63,537 nt of DNA from Promethearchaeota archaeon (GTDB lineage: Archaea > Asgardarchaeota > Lokiarchaeia > Sigyniarchaeales > SOKP01), in assembly GCA_029838195.1 (NCBI GenBank), contig JALGVJ010000022.1, positions 1-63,537 of the forward strand, written 5' to 3'. Numbering within the stretch: the stretch's first letter is position 1; each line of letters begins with the position of its first letter. Shown here in pieces: positions 1-9,969 of this stretch. Both the position numbers and the translations under genes were made by a program. The notes under the pieces are model-generated. The model did not search any database. It was not told where the DNA came from and saw only the letters and a list, made by a program, of their open reading frames with translations.

Positions 1-243
1 TACCGGGACACGATTCCCGTGAGCCCGTTCACTTCGCAAGCGTGCGCAGCGTGCTTTCAGCAAGCGGGCACTCTGAGTAGGACGAGGGCGAACGGCATTC
101 CCTACCATGATTTCAAGTGCGATGCGTGCGGTCGCAACACGACAAGCGAGCCTCATCTCACGCGGCACTCGAATTCCGCCCGCCTCTCGGCATTATTACT
201 TCAAGCTCATCTCGAATGCGGTGGCCTCTCGCCGCCGCCGTAA
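1..243 (+). CDS. tnpB: C-terminal fragment of a TnpB-like (IS200/IS605/IS607) RNA-guided nuclease-family protein, 5'-truncated by the window edge
   Basis: Frame open from base 1: YRDTIPVSPFTSQACAAC...FKCDACG...RHSNSARLS matches the TnpB pattern VxPxxTSQxCxxC...FxCxxCG...RDxNAAxN; clearly GC-richer than the rest of the window. Confidence 0.7.
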   Translation, partial: YRDTIPVSPFTSQACAACFQQAGTLSRTRANGIPYHDFKCDACGRNTTSEPHLTRHSNSARLSALLLQAHLECGGLSPPP

Positions 244-310
244 TCCATCCATCACCCTCCCGTTTCCTCTAACGACGGGAGGAAAGTGGTCCAACATTTG
301 GCCAAATTTA
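244..310 (+). mobile_element. Probable IS right end / omega-RNA scaffold region with hairpins
   Basis: Inverted repeat CCTCCCGT(256-263)/ACGGGAGG(275-282); perfect palindrome ATTTGGCCAAAT (296-307); switch to AT-rich parA sequence at about 310. Confidence 0.55.
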
Positions 311-572
311 TAGTTAGAGCCAGCGATTTTGCAACTTCTTCCTCTCTACGTGATTTAAGAGCTTCTGATATCGGATTATAATATTCTATCTTGTATTTTT
401 TTTCCGTATATATATAAGCGGAAGCGGATGCTTGAGGGTCTATATCGATTAATAAAACCTTTAAATTCATACTTGCCCATTCAGCAGCTATATTTACAGC
501 ACACGTGGTTTTCCCCACACCACCTTTCCAATTAATTATACTAAGAATAATACCTGAAGAAGCATTCGGCAT
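310..572 (-). pseudogene. parA: ParA/Soj-family ATPase, N-terminal part, interrupted by the TnpB element
   Basis: [10 protein letters not shown] deviant Walker A and [10 protein letters not shown]; the ORF runs into GC-rich element sequence after about 87 aa. Confidence 0.8.
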
Positions 573-927
573 GGTTATTTGTACTTTATTTTTAAGAGAA
601 GTTGAAAATTATTAATGAAATTGAACTTTTTAATATTAATTATTAATTTCTTTTTCAATTAATTAAAGTTTTCCTCCTATTTAGAAAAAGAAGGTTAATG
701 TTCACAAAAATAATAGCTTTGAAGAGTGGAAATAATAGATTTCAATAATGTAATAAAAAAAAGGAAGAAAGGCTAAATTTAATTTTATTAATTTCTAAAA
801 ACATTTTTATTTATATACTGACATGCCGGAACTCCTAATTATTTTTCTTCATAATTCTGATTTCTATAAATCATTTAATTGAAAGAAATATTTTTATAGA
901 AGTTGATTAATCTATGTTGGATTAGAT

Positions 928-1269
928 TTTAAATAATTCATGATCCCTAGAAATTTTATATTGCCAATAGCATATTTCTCGTATATTTCTGACGTGTTGA
1001 TTCCTAAAATGCATGATTTGAAATCTTTAAAAGCGGCGATTCTTATCACGGGAAGATAATCCTCAATATCGCTAAAGTGGCCGCTTTTTTCAATTTCTAA
1101 CAATTGAAAAAATTCAGAACTCGATTCCTGGCATTATCCCTTTTCTAACAAATTATTAGCACCCTCTAAATCAGGATCGGGCTTGGAGAAATTGATGTAT
1201 TCTTCTTGAGAAGGAAAATAATTTCCAATGAAATTTAATAACAATTCATGAGCTCTTCGCAGGATATCT
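928..1269 (-). pseudogene. Degenerate copy of the 3' end of the NYN gene (4384-4809)
   Basis: High nucleotide identity to 4384-4809, with a 78-nt and a 6-nt deletion and a TAT>TAA nonsense change. Confidence 0.9.
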
Positions 1270-1460
1270 TAAATATTTAAATCCTAAGGCTGTTTTAATT
1301 AAATGAGAAGGAAATCTCTCCTGAATAATCATTGAAATGTTTTAGCTCATAGTAAAGAAATTGAAGAATTTTACTATTATAAAATTTTAATAAAAAAGGA
1401 AAATTCCCAAAACTAAAAAAATCCACTTACATTTTTACTAAAAAATAAATCATTTTAATC

Positions 1461-4220
1461 ATGCCCATTTTTAATAATTTATTTAAACAAAAATACGCCC
1501 TAATTGACCAGAAAAAAGAGTCATTTAATGAAATTGCTTCTAAATGGAATGATTTTCTTAAATTAGATACGTATTTAATAGCAGAGGAGAAAAGTAAATT
1601 CCTCGAGCGATTAAATCAAGAAACTAAAGTGTCAAATAAATGGATTTATAGGATAGTACCCGATTTATATAAAAAAATTGAAAAATACTCAAGAAAAATT
1701 GAAAACTTAAAAAATCAAATTAATTCCTTTAATGAGCAATTCATAGCTCGAAGATTAAAAGAACATGACTCTTTTTTCGAAGGAAAAGACGATGGAATTA
1801 AATTTTCCTCGACCATTGAACAGAGAATTGCCATTATTAAAGATGATAAGCATAATCTTGTAGTTGCAGGAGCAGGCTCTGGGAAAACAAGTGTTCTCAC
1901 TTCTCGAATTGCTTATTTAATAAGAAGAAAGGATAAAATTGATAAAGAAAAAATATTAGCGTTGGCATTTACTAGAGTGGCGGCAAAAGAGATGGAAGAT
2001 CGCTTAAAAAAATGGTATGGAATCGAAATTAACATATCTACGTTTCATTCTTTGGGCTATCAAATAATCCGTGAAGAAACAGGAAAAAAACCTCAGCTGC
2101 TATTTGATGGAAAAGCAAAAGAACTAAGGGAATTGATTAACCGGATATTTTTAGGAGCTCTTGATGAAGAAGAATTTCAAGGATTATTTATCGAATATCT
2201 TGCATTTCATATTGAGCAAGATCTTGAAGATGATTCTTTTGAAGATAAAGAAGAATATTATAAATATATGCGTAATAAAAAATATTCTACCTTAAACAAC
2301 ATTGAAGTTAAATCGATTTCAGAACGAGATATTGGAAATTTTTTGTTTTTGCATGGAATTACCTTCGAATACGAACCGATAGTTCAATGGGTCGATGAAA
2401 GCGAAGAGGGAAAAGAATATCGCCCGGATTTTTATTTACCCGATTATAACATCTATATTGAACATTGGGGCGTAAATGAACGTCATGAGGTGCCTTCTTG
2501 GTTCACTAAAACCACTGAAGAATATTTAAATTTAAGAAAATGGAAGTTATCTCAATTTGAAAAACATCACCAAACTTTAGTTGAAACTTGGGATTTTGAA
2601 AGAAATAATGAGGTCTTAATTCCCAATTTAAAACAAAATTTATTAAAAGTCAATCCGGAAATAAAATTCATGCCCCTTTCTTATGAAGAATTGATTGAAC
2701 GAATCCACGAATTCAAAGAAAAAAGGAATGAAGTTGCCAATCTACTTTTATCCTTTATCCAAATCGCTAAATCAAATTTCTATAAGGAAACTGACATCGA
2801 ACAAAAGCTAAAAAAGGGAAAATATTCCAAAAAGCAACAAATTTTCGGGAGAATGGCCTTAGAGATTTACCATAGATATCAAGATTATCTAAAAAAACAT
2901 GATAAAATAGATTTTAATGATATGATTAATCTTGCAGTTGATTTCATGAAAAAAAATCCCCAAAAATATATTAATCGCTATGAACACGTTTTAGTAGATG
3001 AGTTTCAAGATATCTCTTATCAACGACTCCAATTAATTAAAGGATTTGTAAATGAAAATTCGAATACAAAATTATTTTGCGTCGGAGATGATTGGCAAAG
3101 CATTTATCAATTTACAGGAAGCGATGTTAGATTTTTTATATATTTCCAAGATTATTTTCCAAATCCCGAAATTAGTTATCTAGAAAAAAATTTTCGGAGT
3201 TCTAAAAAAATTATTGAAGTTTCTAATGAACTCATTTCAAAAAATAGAGAGCAATTGAAGAAACAGGTACAATCTCAGAAAGAATTAGGTAATCCTCCGT
3301 CTCTTTTTGAATTATCGAAAAAAACCTCTTATTCTATTAAAAATCAAATACATCATGTATATAAATTAATTAAATTATTGCTTTCGGAAGGTATTCAAGA
3401 AAATGAACTTATGGTCCTTTCAAGATTTAATTACATCTTAAAACAATTAGAAATTAAATGTGGTGCAGATGGAATCGCTACAGAACGTAAAGTTAATGGA
3501 ATGCGTTTTTATAGTGCACACGCCTCCAAGGGTTCAGAAAGCGAACACGTGATTATAATTAATATTACGTCGGGACTCCATGGTTTTCCTTCTGAAATCC
3601 AAGATTCTTCAGTTTTAGAAGTGGTCAAACGTTTTGAAGCAAAAAAGTATTTAGAGGAGGAAAGAAGGCTCTTTTATGTAGCCCTCACGCGAGGAAAAAA
3701 ATTTCTCTTCCTTTTCACGATCGAAGGTAATCATTCTCTCTTTTTAGATGAAATTCGACCTTATTTGAAAATCATTCACGTATCTGATTCAAGCATGTGG
3801 GATGATATTATTAGCAAATACATGCCAAAAATATTACGGGGTGAGCAAATCGAACCTTCAGAATTCTGCCCCAAATGCGGCAAGCTATTAAGGAAAGTTG
3901 AGGGAAAGCATGGACCTTTCTTAAGTTGCTCAGGGTATCCTAAATGTACTTACACCATTGATATTATACAAGAAGACGATATCACGTGCCCCTTGTGTGG
4001 AAGGAAATTAGTTATTCGAAAGGGAAAATATGGTCCGTTTCTAGGTTGTATCGGATATCCAAAATGTACCTTCACTTTTAATTTAACCTTAACTATTAAG
4101 AATAAAGATCGAATCTATTGCCCCCGCTGCGGGAATTGTTTAATTTTTCAAGTAAAAAAAGAAAACAGGTTTTTAATCTGTACAAATTTTTCCGTTTGTA
4201 AATTTTCCTTAAAAATTTAA
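1461..4220 (+). CDS. UvrD/helicase IV-like SF1 helicase with inserted PD-(D/E)XK-like domain and three C-terminal topoisomerase-type C4 Zn ribbons
   Basis: AGAGSGKT, LVDEFQD, GDDWQSIY, EEERRLFYVALTR; insert KSISE...YRPDFYL...YIEHWG; CPKCG...CSGYPKC repeats. Confidence 0.9.
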   Translation: MPIFNNLFKQKYALIDQKKESFNEIASKWNDFLKLDTYLIAEEKSKFLERLNQETKVSNKWIYRIVPDLYKKIEKYSRKIENLKNQINSFNEQFIARRLKEHDSFFEGKDDGIKFSSTIEQRIAIIKDDKHNLVVAGAGSGKTSVLTSRIAYLIRRKDKIDKEKILALAFTRVAAKEMEDRLKKWYGIEINISTFHSLGYQIIREETGKKPQLLFDGKAKELRELINRIFLGALDEEEFQGLFIEYLAFHIEQDLEDDSFEDKEEYYKYMRNKKYSTLNNIEVKSISERDIGNFLFLHGITFEYEPIVQWVDESEEGKEYRPDFYLPDYNIYIEHWGVNERHEVPSWFTKTTEEYLNLRKWKLSQFEKHHQTLVETWDFERNNEVLIPNLKQNLLKVNPEIKFMPLSYEELIERIHEFKEKRNEVANLLLSFIQIAKSNFYKETDIEQKLKKGKYSKKQQIFGRMALEIYHRYQDYLKKHDKIDFNDMINLAVDFMKKNPQKYINRYEHVLVDEFQDISYQRLQLIKGFVNENSNTKLFCVGDDWQSIYQFTGSDVRFFIYFQDYFPNPEISYLEKNFRSSKKIIEVSNELISKNREQLKKQVQSQKELGNPPSLFELSKKTSYSIKNQIHHVYKLIKLLLSEGIQENELMVLSRFNYILKQLEIKCGADGIATERKVNGMRFYSAHASKGSESEHVIIINITSGLHGFPSEIQDSSVLEVVKRFEAKKYLEEERRLFYVALTRGKKFLFLFTIEGNHSLFLDEIRPYLKIIHVSDSSMWDDIISKYMPKILRGEQIEPSEFCPKCGKLLRKVEGKHGPFLSCSGYPKCTYTIDIIQEDDITCPLCGRKLVIRKGKYGPFLGCIGYPKCTFTFNLTLTIKNKDRIYCPRCGNCLIFQVKKENRFLICTNFSVCKFSLKI

Positions 4221-4364
4221 TTTTTTAAAAAAATTCTTTAAATTTTTTATAAAATGAATTAGAACTGTAGTTCTTCACTTGAAAGAGTATTTTTTAATTT
4301 TTCTAATAACAACCATCCTTGCAAAAATTGAAATAAAATAATTAAAATATTAAGATACTCGAAC

Positions 4365-5540
4365 TCATGCTTTTTTCATTGAATTTAAATATTTCATGAT
4401 CCCTAGGAATTTTATATTGCCAATAGCATGTTTCTCGTATATTTCTGACGTGTTGATTCCTAAGATGCACGATTTGAAATCTTTAAAACCGGCGATTTTC
4501 ATTACGGGGAGATAATCCTTATCACTGCTAACAATAGCAAAACCTTTAAGGGAACATCGTTCCAATAGAGCAACGGCATGTACAATCAAATAATTATCAA
4601 TATCGCTAAAGTGCCCGCTTTTTTCGATTTCTAACAAGTGAAAAAATTCAGAACTCGATCCCTGGCAATATCCCTTTTCTAATAAATTATTAGCACCCTC
4701 TAAATCAGGATCGGGCTTGGAGAAATAATGAATGATGTAGTCTTCTTGAGAAGGAAAATAATTTCCAATGAAATTTAATAACAATTCATGAGCTCTTCGC
4801 AAGATATCTAAAAAATTGTTAGGATATAATTTATGTAGGGTTCGAATGAAATTGGGAACGTCAACTAAGATCACGATCTTTTCTTTATGAGAACGTAAAT
4901 ATGTCTCAAATTCAATTTTATCCATAGTGAGTAATGAAATGCGATTCATTCTGGCGTTCTGAACTTTTTGTTTGGCTTTTTTCTTAATTTGTTTAGAAGG
5001 TCGATCTCCTACTTCTTCTGTAATCGCCTTATCCTTAATTTTCCGATGATTTGGTGCCTTTTTATTTTTAGAAGCTTTTCCCTCCTCCCATAAAATTTGT
5101 TCGGCATGTTCGGTAGAGTCTAATTGATCTTCAAATACCATGAATCGAGGAATTTGTCCCTTCCATGTTCTTTTTTTTAAATCATACACGCAGGGATTAT
5201 TATGTGTTCCACAAAATTTTTTTTCACATTTGAACAATAATAAATAGGTGCTTTCCTCTTTTTCCTCGCAGATTTTCAGTTCCCGTAAAAACGGTTCGCC
5301 ACACGATGGGCATCGGCCCTCAAAAAAATCTTCATTTGTAATCTTATCTTCAATGTCGGCAAACGGTATATCCCTAAAATCACATTCCTTGTTCCAGCAT
5401 CTATATGTAGTAAAATACTCATGTTCCTCGTTCTTATAGAGTTGGGATTTTAAACACTTAGGACAAAAAATGTTTTTTTCAAATATCCCTTTTCTCCTTG
5501 CTTTTTCATTACCTCGGATTTCAATAAAAATTCGATAAAT
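4365..5540 (-). CDS. NYN (PIN-like) domain protein with N-terminal double Zn ribbon; extends upstream of the ORF-track start at 5237
   Basis: LVDVPN...DID...VSSDKDY NYN motifs; frame is open to 5543 and encodes CPKC..CWNKEC..CPSC..CEKKFC; start codon uncertain. Confidence 0.75.
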   Translation of the reverse strand: MYRIFIEIRGNEKARRKGIFEKNIFCPKCLKSQLYKNEEHEYFTTYRCWNKECDFRDIPFADIEDKITNEDFFEGRCPSCGEPFLRELKICEEKEESTYLLLFKCEKKFCGTHNNPCVYDLKKRTWKGQIPRFMVFEDQLDSTEHAEQILWEEGKASKNKKAPNHRKIKDKAITEEVGDRPSKQIKKKAKQKVQNARMNRISLLTMDKIEFETYLRSHKEKIVILVDVPNFIRTLHKLYPNNFLDILRRAHELLLNFIGNYFPSQEDYIIHYFSKPDPDLEGANNLLEKGYCQGSSSEFFHLLEIEKSGHFSDIDNYLIVHAVALLERCSLKGFAIVSSDKDYLPVMKIAGFKDFKSCILGINTSEIYEKHAIGNIKFLGIMKYLNSMKKA

Positions 5541-5635
5541 ATCTCACCCTTTTTTTGTCATTATCGCTAATTTTATTATATTATATTTATTATTGATTGT
5601 TTCTTACTGAAGGGATTCAAAATATTCAATAAAAA

Positions 5636-7180
5636 TTAACATTGATATTTTTGACCATCCTTTAATAAAATGACGTTATCAAATTGATTTTTAAACCATG
5701 CGGGTGTGTCGGTATGAACAGGAATTATAACATCAGGATCTATCCGTTCAATAGTTTCTCGTAAATCCTCTCTATTGGCGTGTCCGGAAGCATGGAAATC
5801 CTTTGAAAATTTAGGCTTTTCTGTTCCATTTAGGCCAGCTTCGATTTTAAAACCATGAATTTCAAAGTTTAGAAAACGGAGCCATTGATTCAATCGCATA
5901 AAATCAAACACGTCTTCTTCTTCAAACGCTTCACTTGAGGAATAAATGTACACTCCTCCATTTAGCCTCATGTCTAATACATGTTTCATGTCGTATAGTG
6001 AAAAACACAAAATATATTCGTTTGGATACTTTGAAATCTGCGGAGGAGAAATATATTGCTCGTAGTGTTCTGCAAGGAAATTTACTTCCCAATAGTTTCG
6101 ACTCGATTTATATTTCCTGAATATGAGTACATCGGAAAGTCGATTAATTCCATCCGCTTGTTCTAATGCCTTTAATAAATAGGCTTGTTTTGCGGGAACT
6201 ACGATTTTCCTGCCCACTTTTTTCGCTATGTTATGAAAACATTCTAATCGTTCGAAATTTCTGGAAGTAAAATCCGCAATCACGAGCTCATCAGTATCAT
6301 CGATGAGGCTAAGGCAATTTTCTTCTACTTTTTCTTCCGATTCTTCAAAAACTTCAGCATTCGCACGCGTTCCTTCTATTATTAAAATAGAAGCAGATCG
6401 AGCGGCTTGAATGAAACTTCGCGTGAAATTACCATGTTTTCCGTGCAAGCGAAAATCTCCCATGTAGGCTATTGTCATGTCTCCTTTTAATAAATATCCT
6501 ACTGCACCATAAATCGAATGATCAACGGGAAAAGATTGAATTTCAAAAGAAAAAGGTTGTTCACTCAATTTCCGCATCTCTTGGGTTTCTATTTTCTTTA
6601 ATTCCCTTGTTCTCTTGTCCGGTGCAAGCTTCATGGCTGTTCGCATGAAATTTTCAAAACGCTCGTCAAGAAAATCAGTACATGCCATGGGACGCCCTTT
6701 ATATGAGGTGCTTTCTGATTTTATTGTCATTTCGTGAAATCCCATCTTTTTTTCTGAATAAAACGCTACTTCTAATTCTGAACTAAGCCTTGCTGTATCT
6801 TCCATGGCTTTAATTATTGCCAAAGTGATGGGAGAACCTACAACGAAAATATCGGTATCCAGAAAACCAATATTACCATAATGGTCTTGATGAGCATGCG
6901 ATATTAAAATTGCTTCTACATTCAAGGAGGGATATCGAGAAATATCAAGATCGGGAGGAACGAGGTCTTTCCGATAGATGTTTACTTTTGGAAGCAAGTT
7001 TAGTTTAATTAAATCATGAATGCCACGAGAACTTCTGGGTTGTAAATATTCCTGAAAAAATTGTCCATATTTCTTAAAATTTTTCCCAAAATCGAGGAAC
7101 AGCCCCCTATTATTTTCTTCCACGTAGATTTTATTTCCCCCTATGGTATTACTCCCATCAAATATCGTAATGGACGTCAC
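5636..7180 (-). CDS. MBL-fold beta-CASP (RNase J-like) nuclease
   Basis: IGGN, DFG, SHAHQDH, VDHS, GDFRLHG, IEGT, FHASGH, PVHT. Confidence 0.85.
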   Translation of the reverse strand: MTSITIFDGSNTIGGNKIYVEENNRGLFLDFGKNFKKYGQFFQEYLQPRSSRGIHDLIKLNLLPKVNIYRKDLVPPDLDISRYPSLNVEAILISHAHQDHYGNIGFLDTDIFVVGSPITLAIIKAMEDTARLSSELEVAFYSEKKMGFHEMTIKSESTSYKGRPMACTDFLDERFENFMRTAMKLAPDKRTRELKKIETQEMRKLSEQPFSFEIQSFPVDHSIYGAVGYLLKGDMTIAYMGDFRLHGKHGNFTRSFIQAARSASILIIEGTRANAEVFEESEEKVEENCLSLIDDTDELVIADFTSRNFERLECFHNIAKKVGRKIVVPAKQAYLLKALEQADGINRLSDVLIFRKYKSSRNYWEVNFLAEHYEQYISPPQISKYPNEYILCFSLYDMKHVLDMRLNGGVYIYSSSEAFEEEDVFDFMRLNQWLRFLNFEIHGFKIEAGLNGTEKPKFSKDFHASGHANREDLRETIERIDPDVIIPVHTDTPAWFKNQFDNVILLKDGQKYQC

Positions 7181-7318
7181 GGGCTTGTCTCGTGGAGGAT
7201 TAATTAATTTTGGAATGAAAATTAAATGTCTAAGAGTACTTAAATTAAAATAGATTAATACTATTTAAGTCATGTGATTCCGGCTTGATATAAATTTGTA
7301 TTTAACGATAAAAATTAA

Positions 7319-8839
7319 TTGGAGGGGTGGTTCACGCAGGTGAATCATGGCGTCCGGCTAATTTTCGTGGGCGGAGTGAATGAAATCGGAGGAAACGCCG
7401 TTTTATTAGAGGATTTTGAAAAAAATGTCAAGATTTTCTTGGATTTCGGGATCAACACGAAGCGCTATAATGATCACTACAAAAAAGGAGAATTTCCAAA
7501 AAATCTTGAGGAGCTTGTCCGAATAAATTTAATTCCCAATGAAGAAAAATTATCCCTTCAAGGTCTCTATACTAAAATGTTTAGTAAAATTACCTTTAAA
7601 CAAGAAAACGGGAAAAAAATGTCGGGCATGCTCCTTGATTACCACCAGTCATCTAATTTGGATGGCATCTTGATTTCTCACCCCCACAAGGACCATTATC
7701 TAGCATTGTCTTCCATAAATCGCATGATTCCCGTTTATACAGGAGTGGTCACTAAGGAGATCATCGAAGCTTTTTATAAATCCTCCAAACCTTCTTTAAT
7801 AAACAATTTTGGCAATTTAAACTGGAAGACGTTTCGAACAGGAGATATTCTCGATATTAAAGGCATGAAAATCGTCCCTTATCACGTGGACCATTCCATT
7901 CCGGCAGCCTATGGTTTTATTATTTATTCCTCCGTTGGACCCATTATATATTCAGGAGATTTTAGAATGCATGGTCCTTTATCTCGCATGACTGAAGAAT
8001 TCCTCCATGAGATTAAAACCCATGAGACCCTTTTATCTCGAACAGAAAATAAAATAGAATTAAAGGCAATCCGGGAGAAACGCATCAAGGCTCTCATCTG
8101 TAGCGGAACAAAAATAAATAAGAGCACGATTGAATCGGAAAAATTAGTCGAAGAAAACCTTAACCAATTGTTTTCAAATAACCCCTTCGATTTTATCTTG
8201 GTAAAACATGACCGAATTGATTGGGACCGATTCAGAACCTTCTCTAACTTGGCAAAAAAGTATGAGTGGAAATATATTATCACGGAAAAAGATGCTTATT
8301 TCTATTACCTTCTAAATAAGGACGTAATTCATGATACAATGCGAAATCCTAACATCCTTGAAGAGGACCACATTCATATTTTAATAAAAAAGCATGCAAC
8401 CAATACTTGGCAAAAAGAAATTAGACAAGCTTTCAAAGAATACAAAAAACACCATAGATTCATGAGTTATAAGCAATTAAAACAATTAGATGGCAAGTTT
8501 TTCGTTTATATCACTTATTTGGATAAGCAATTAAAAAAAAATTTGAATTTTAATTTGAAAGGTTTGTTCATTTCTTCCAGCATTGACCCCTATGCCGAAG
8601 AATTTTATGACAACACCAGCCATATTAGAAAAGAACTCGAAGACTACGGAATTCCAGCTTATAGAATACACGCCTCCGGCCACGCCACAGCCCACGATCT
8701 CATTAATTTTATAAACGAAATAAACCCGGAAATTCTTTTCCCTATTCATACCGAACATCCCGAATTTTTCCAAAAAATCTTTAGTTCCTCCCCCATAAAA
8801 GTCATTCTTCCCGAACCTTACGAGCCCATTATATTGTGA
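7319..8839 (+). CDS. MBL-fold beta-CASP (RNase J-like) nuclease, paralog of 5636-7180 (start possibly GTG 7340)
   Basis: EIGGN, DFG, SHPHKDH, VDHS, GDFRMHG, IHASGH, PIHT. Confidence 0.85.
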   Translation: MEGWFTQVNHGVRLIFVGGVNEIGGNAVLLEDFEKNVKIFLDFGINTKRYNDHYKKGEFPKNLEELVRINLIPNEEKLSLQGLYTKMFSKITFKQENGKKMSGMLLDYHQSSNLDGILISHPHKDHYLALSSINRMIPVYTGVVTKEIIEAFYKSSKPSLINNFGNLNWKTFRTGDILDIKGMKIVPYHVDHSIPAAYGFIIYSSVGPIIYSGDFRMHGPLSRMTEEFLHEIKTHETLLSRTENKIELKAIREKRIKALICSGTKINKSTIESEKLVEENLNQLFSNNPFDFILVKHDRIDWDRFRTFSNLAKKYEWKYIITEKDAYFYYLLNKDVIHDTMRNPNILEEDHIHILIKKHATNTWQKEIRQAFKEYKKHHRFMSYKQLKQLDGKFFVYITYLDKQLKKNLNFNLKGLFISSSIDPYAEEFYDNTSHIRKELEDYGIPAYRIHASGHATAHDLINFINEINPEILFPIHTEHPEFFQKIFSSSPIKVILPEPYEPIIL

Positions 8840-8951
8840 GAGTGTTCCTCTCTCAAATTAAAAGAACATATCATAGAAAGGGAGATTTCAAGCTTAAAGG
8901 TTCCATTCTGAGATAAAATAAAAATATGACCTTTTTTTTTTTAAAAATGGT

Positions 8952-9443
8952 TTAATCATCAGGAATGATCACGGTAGGATCTTCCTTAATCTTATCTAAA
9001 ACGAGTTGCGTTTTGATTTCTTCCACGCCCGGCAGATTGCGAAGGCACTCTATTAATTTTATGGAATCTTGATGGTCGAGACATTTGGCCATGATGAAAA
9101 GCGGATATTCTCCCGTGACGATATAAGCATATTTTACTTGTTCCATGCTCATGATTTTATCTTTCAGCGTATCTAAAGGCTGCGAAGAATTCACGCGCAA
9201 GGAGGCCATGACCATTTCTCTATACCCTAACTGGCGACAATCAATTAAGGTGACATATTGCTTGATGATGCGTTTTTCTTTCATGCGGTTTATGCGCATG
9301 CGAATTGAAGTGGTGCTCAAGCCAATTCGTTTTTCAATGTCTCGCAAGGATGCCTTGGCATCTTCTTGCAAGATTTTCAAGATTTCTTTATCGTAACGAT
9401 CTAAGTCTGCTATTTCAAAATTGTCTGCCATTTTATCACGCAT
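8952..9443 (-). CDS. Lrp/AsnC family transcriptional regulator
   Basis: LDRYDKEILKILQEDAKASLRDI...GLS HTH; VTGEY in C-terminal RAM domain. Confidence 0.9.
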   Translation of the reverse strand: MRDKMADNFEIADLDRYDKEILKILQEDAKASLRDIEKRIGLSTTSIRMRINRMKEKRIIKQYVTLIDCRQLGYREMVMASLRVNSSQPLDTLKDKIMSMEQVKYAYIVTGEYPLFIMAKCLDHQDSIKLIECLRNLPGVEEIKTQLVLDKIKEDPTVIIPDD

Positions 9444-9727
9444 TTGGGGTGGGAAATTAATTTTCGGTGAGTTTAGCTCGTGAATAAAGTTCGAACTTTC
9501 ATATTAAACCTACAAGTGAAAATATGTTTTTTGGAATTTAAATTTTGTGTTCGTGATATTTATTTAAATGTTCTTATTTTTGATCGTGAGATTTGGCGGA
9601 AATATTTTTATTATATGTGATGTAGATTTAAATAGGAGTTTACATTTATGATACTTGACATTATAATCTTTATGAATCCCGTCAACAACAAAACAAAAAA
9701 ATAACAAAACGAAAAAAGGTTGAAAAA

Positions 9728-9952
9728 ATGGGAGAGACCACGCTTAATTGTTTGGGACTGAAATGTCCGATGCCCGTTTTGAAGACTAAAAAAGAACTGC
9801 AAAAAATGAGTTCCGGGCAAACATTAAAATTATTGGTAGACGATAAAGGGGCGTTAAAAGATATTCCCGCCTTACTGAACAAGACGGGAGATGAGTTAAT
9901 CGATATGATTGAAGAAGGAGATAAAATTACTTTTATCATTAAAAAAGCATGA
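9728..9952 (+). CDS. tusA: TusA/SirA family sulfur carrier protein
   Basis: LNCLGLKCPMPVLK (CPxP), LLVDD...DIP, 74 aa. Confidence 0.9.
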   Translation: MGETTLNCLGLKCPMPVLKTKKELQKMSSGQTLKLLVDDKGALKDIPALLNKTGDELIDMIEEGDKITFIIKKA

Positions 9953-9969
9953 AATAGGGGAAGCATTCC

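Noticed and set aside
928-4809. Diversity-generating retroelement TR/VR pair
   Set aside because: Mismatches are not adenine-specific on either strand, there are deletions, and no reverse transcriptase is in the window
5544-5561. Selenocysteine at the in-frame TGA upstream of NYN
   Set aside because: The TGA is codon 6 in a non-redox context and overlaps a GGTGA SD motif; no SECIS was identified
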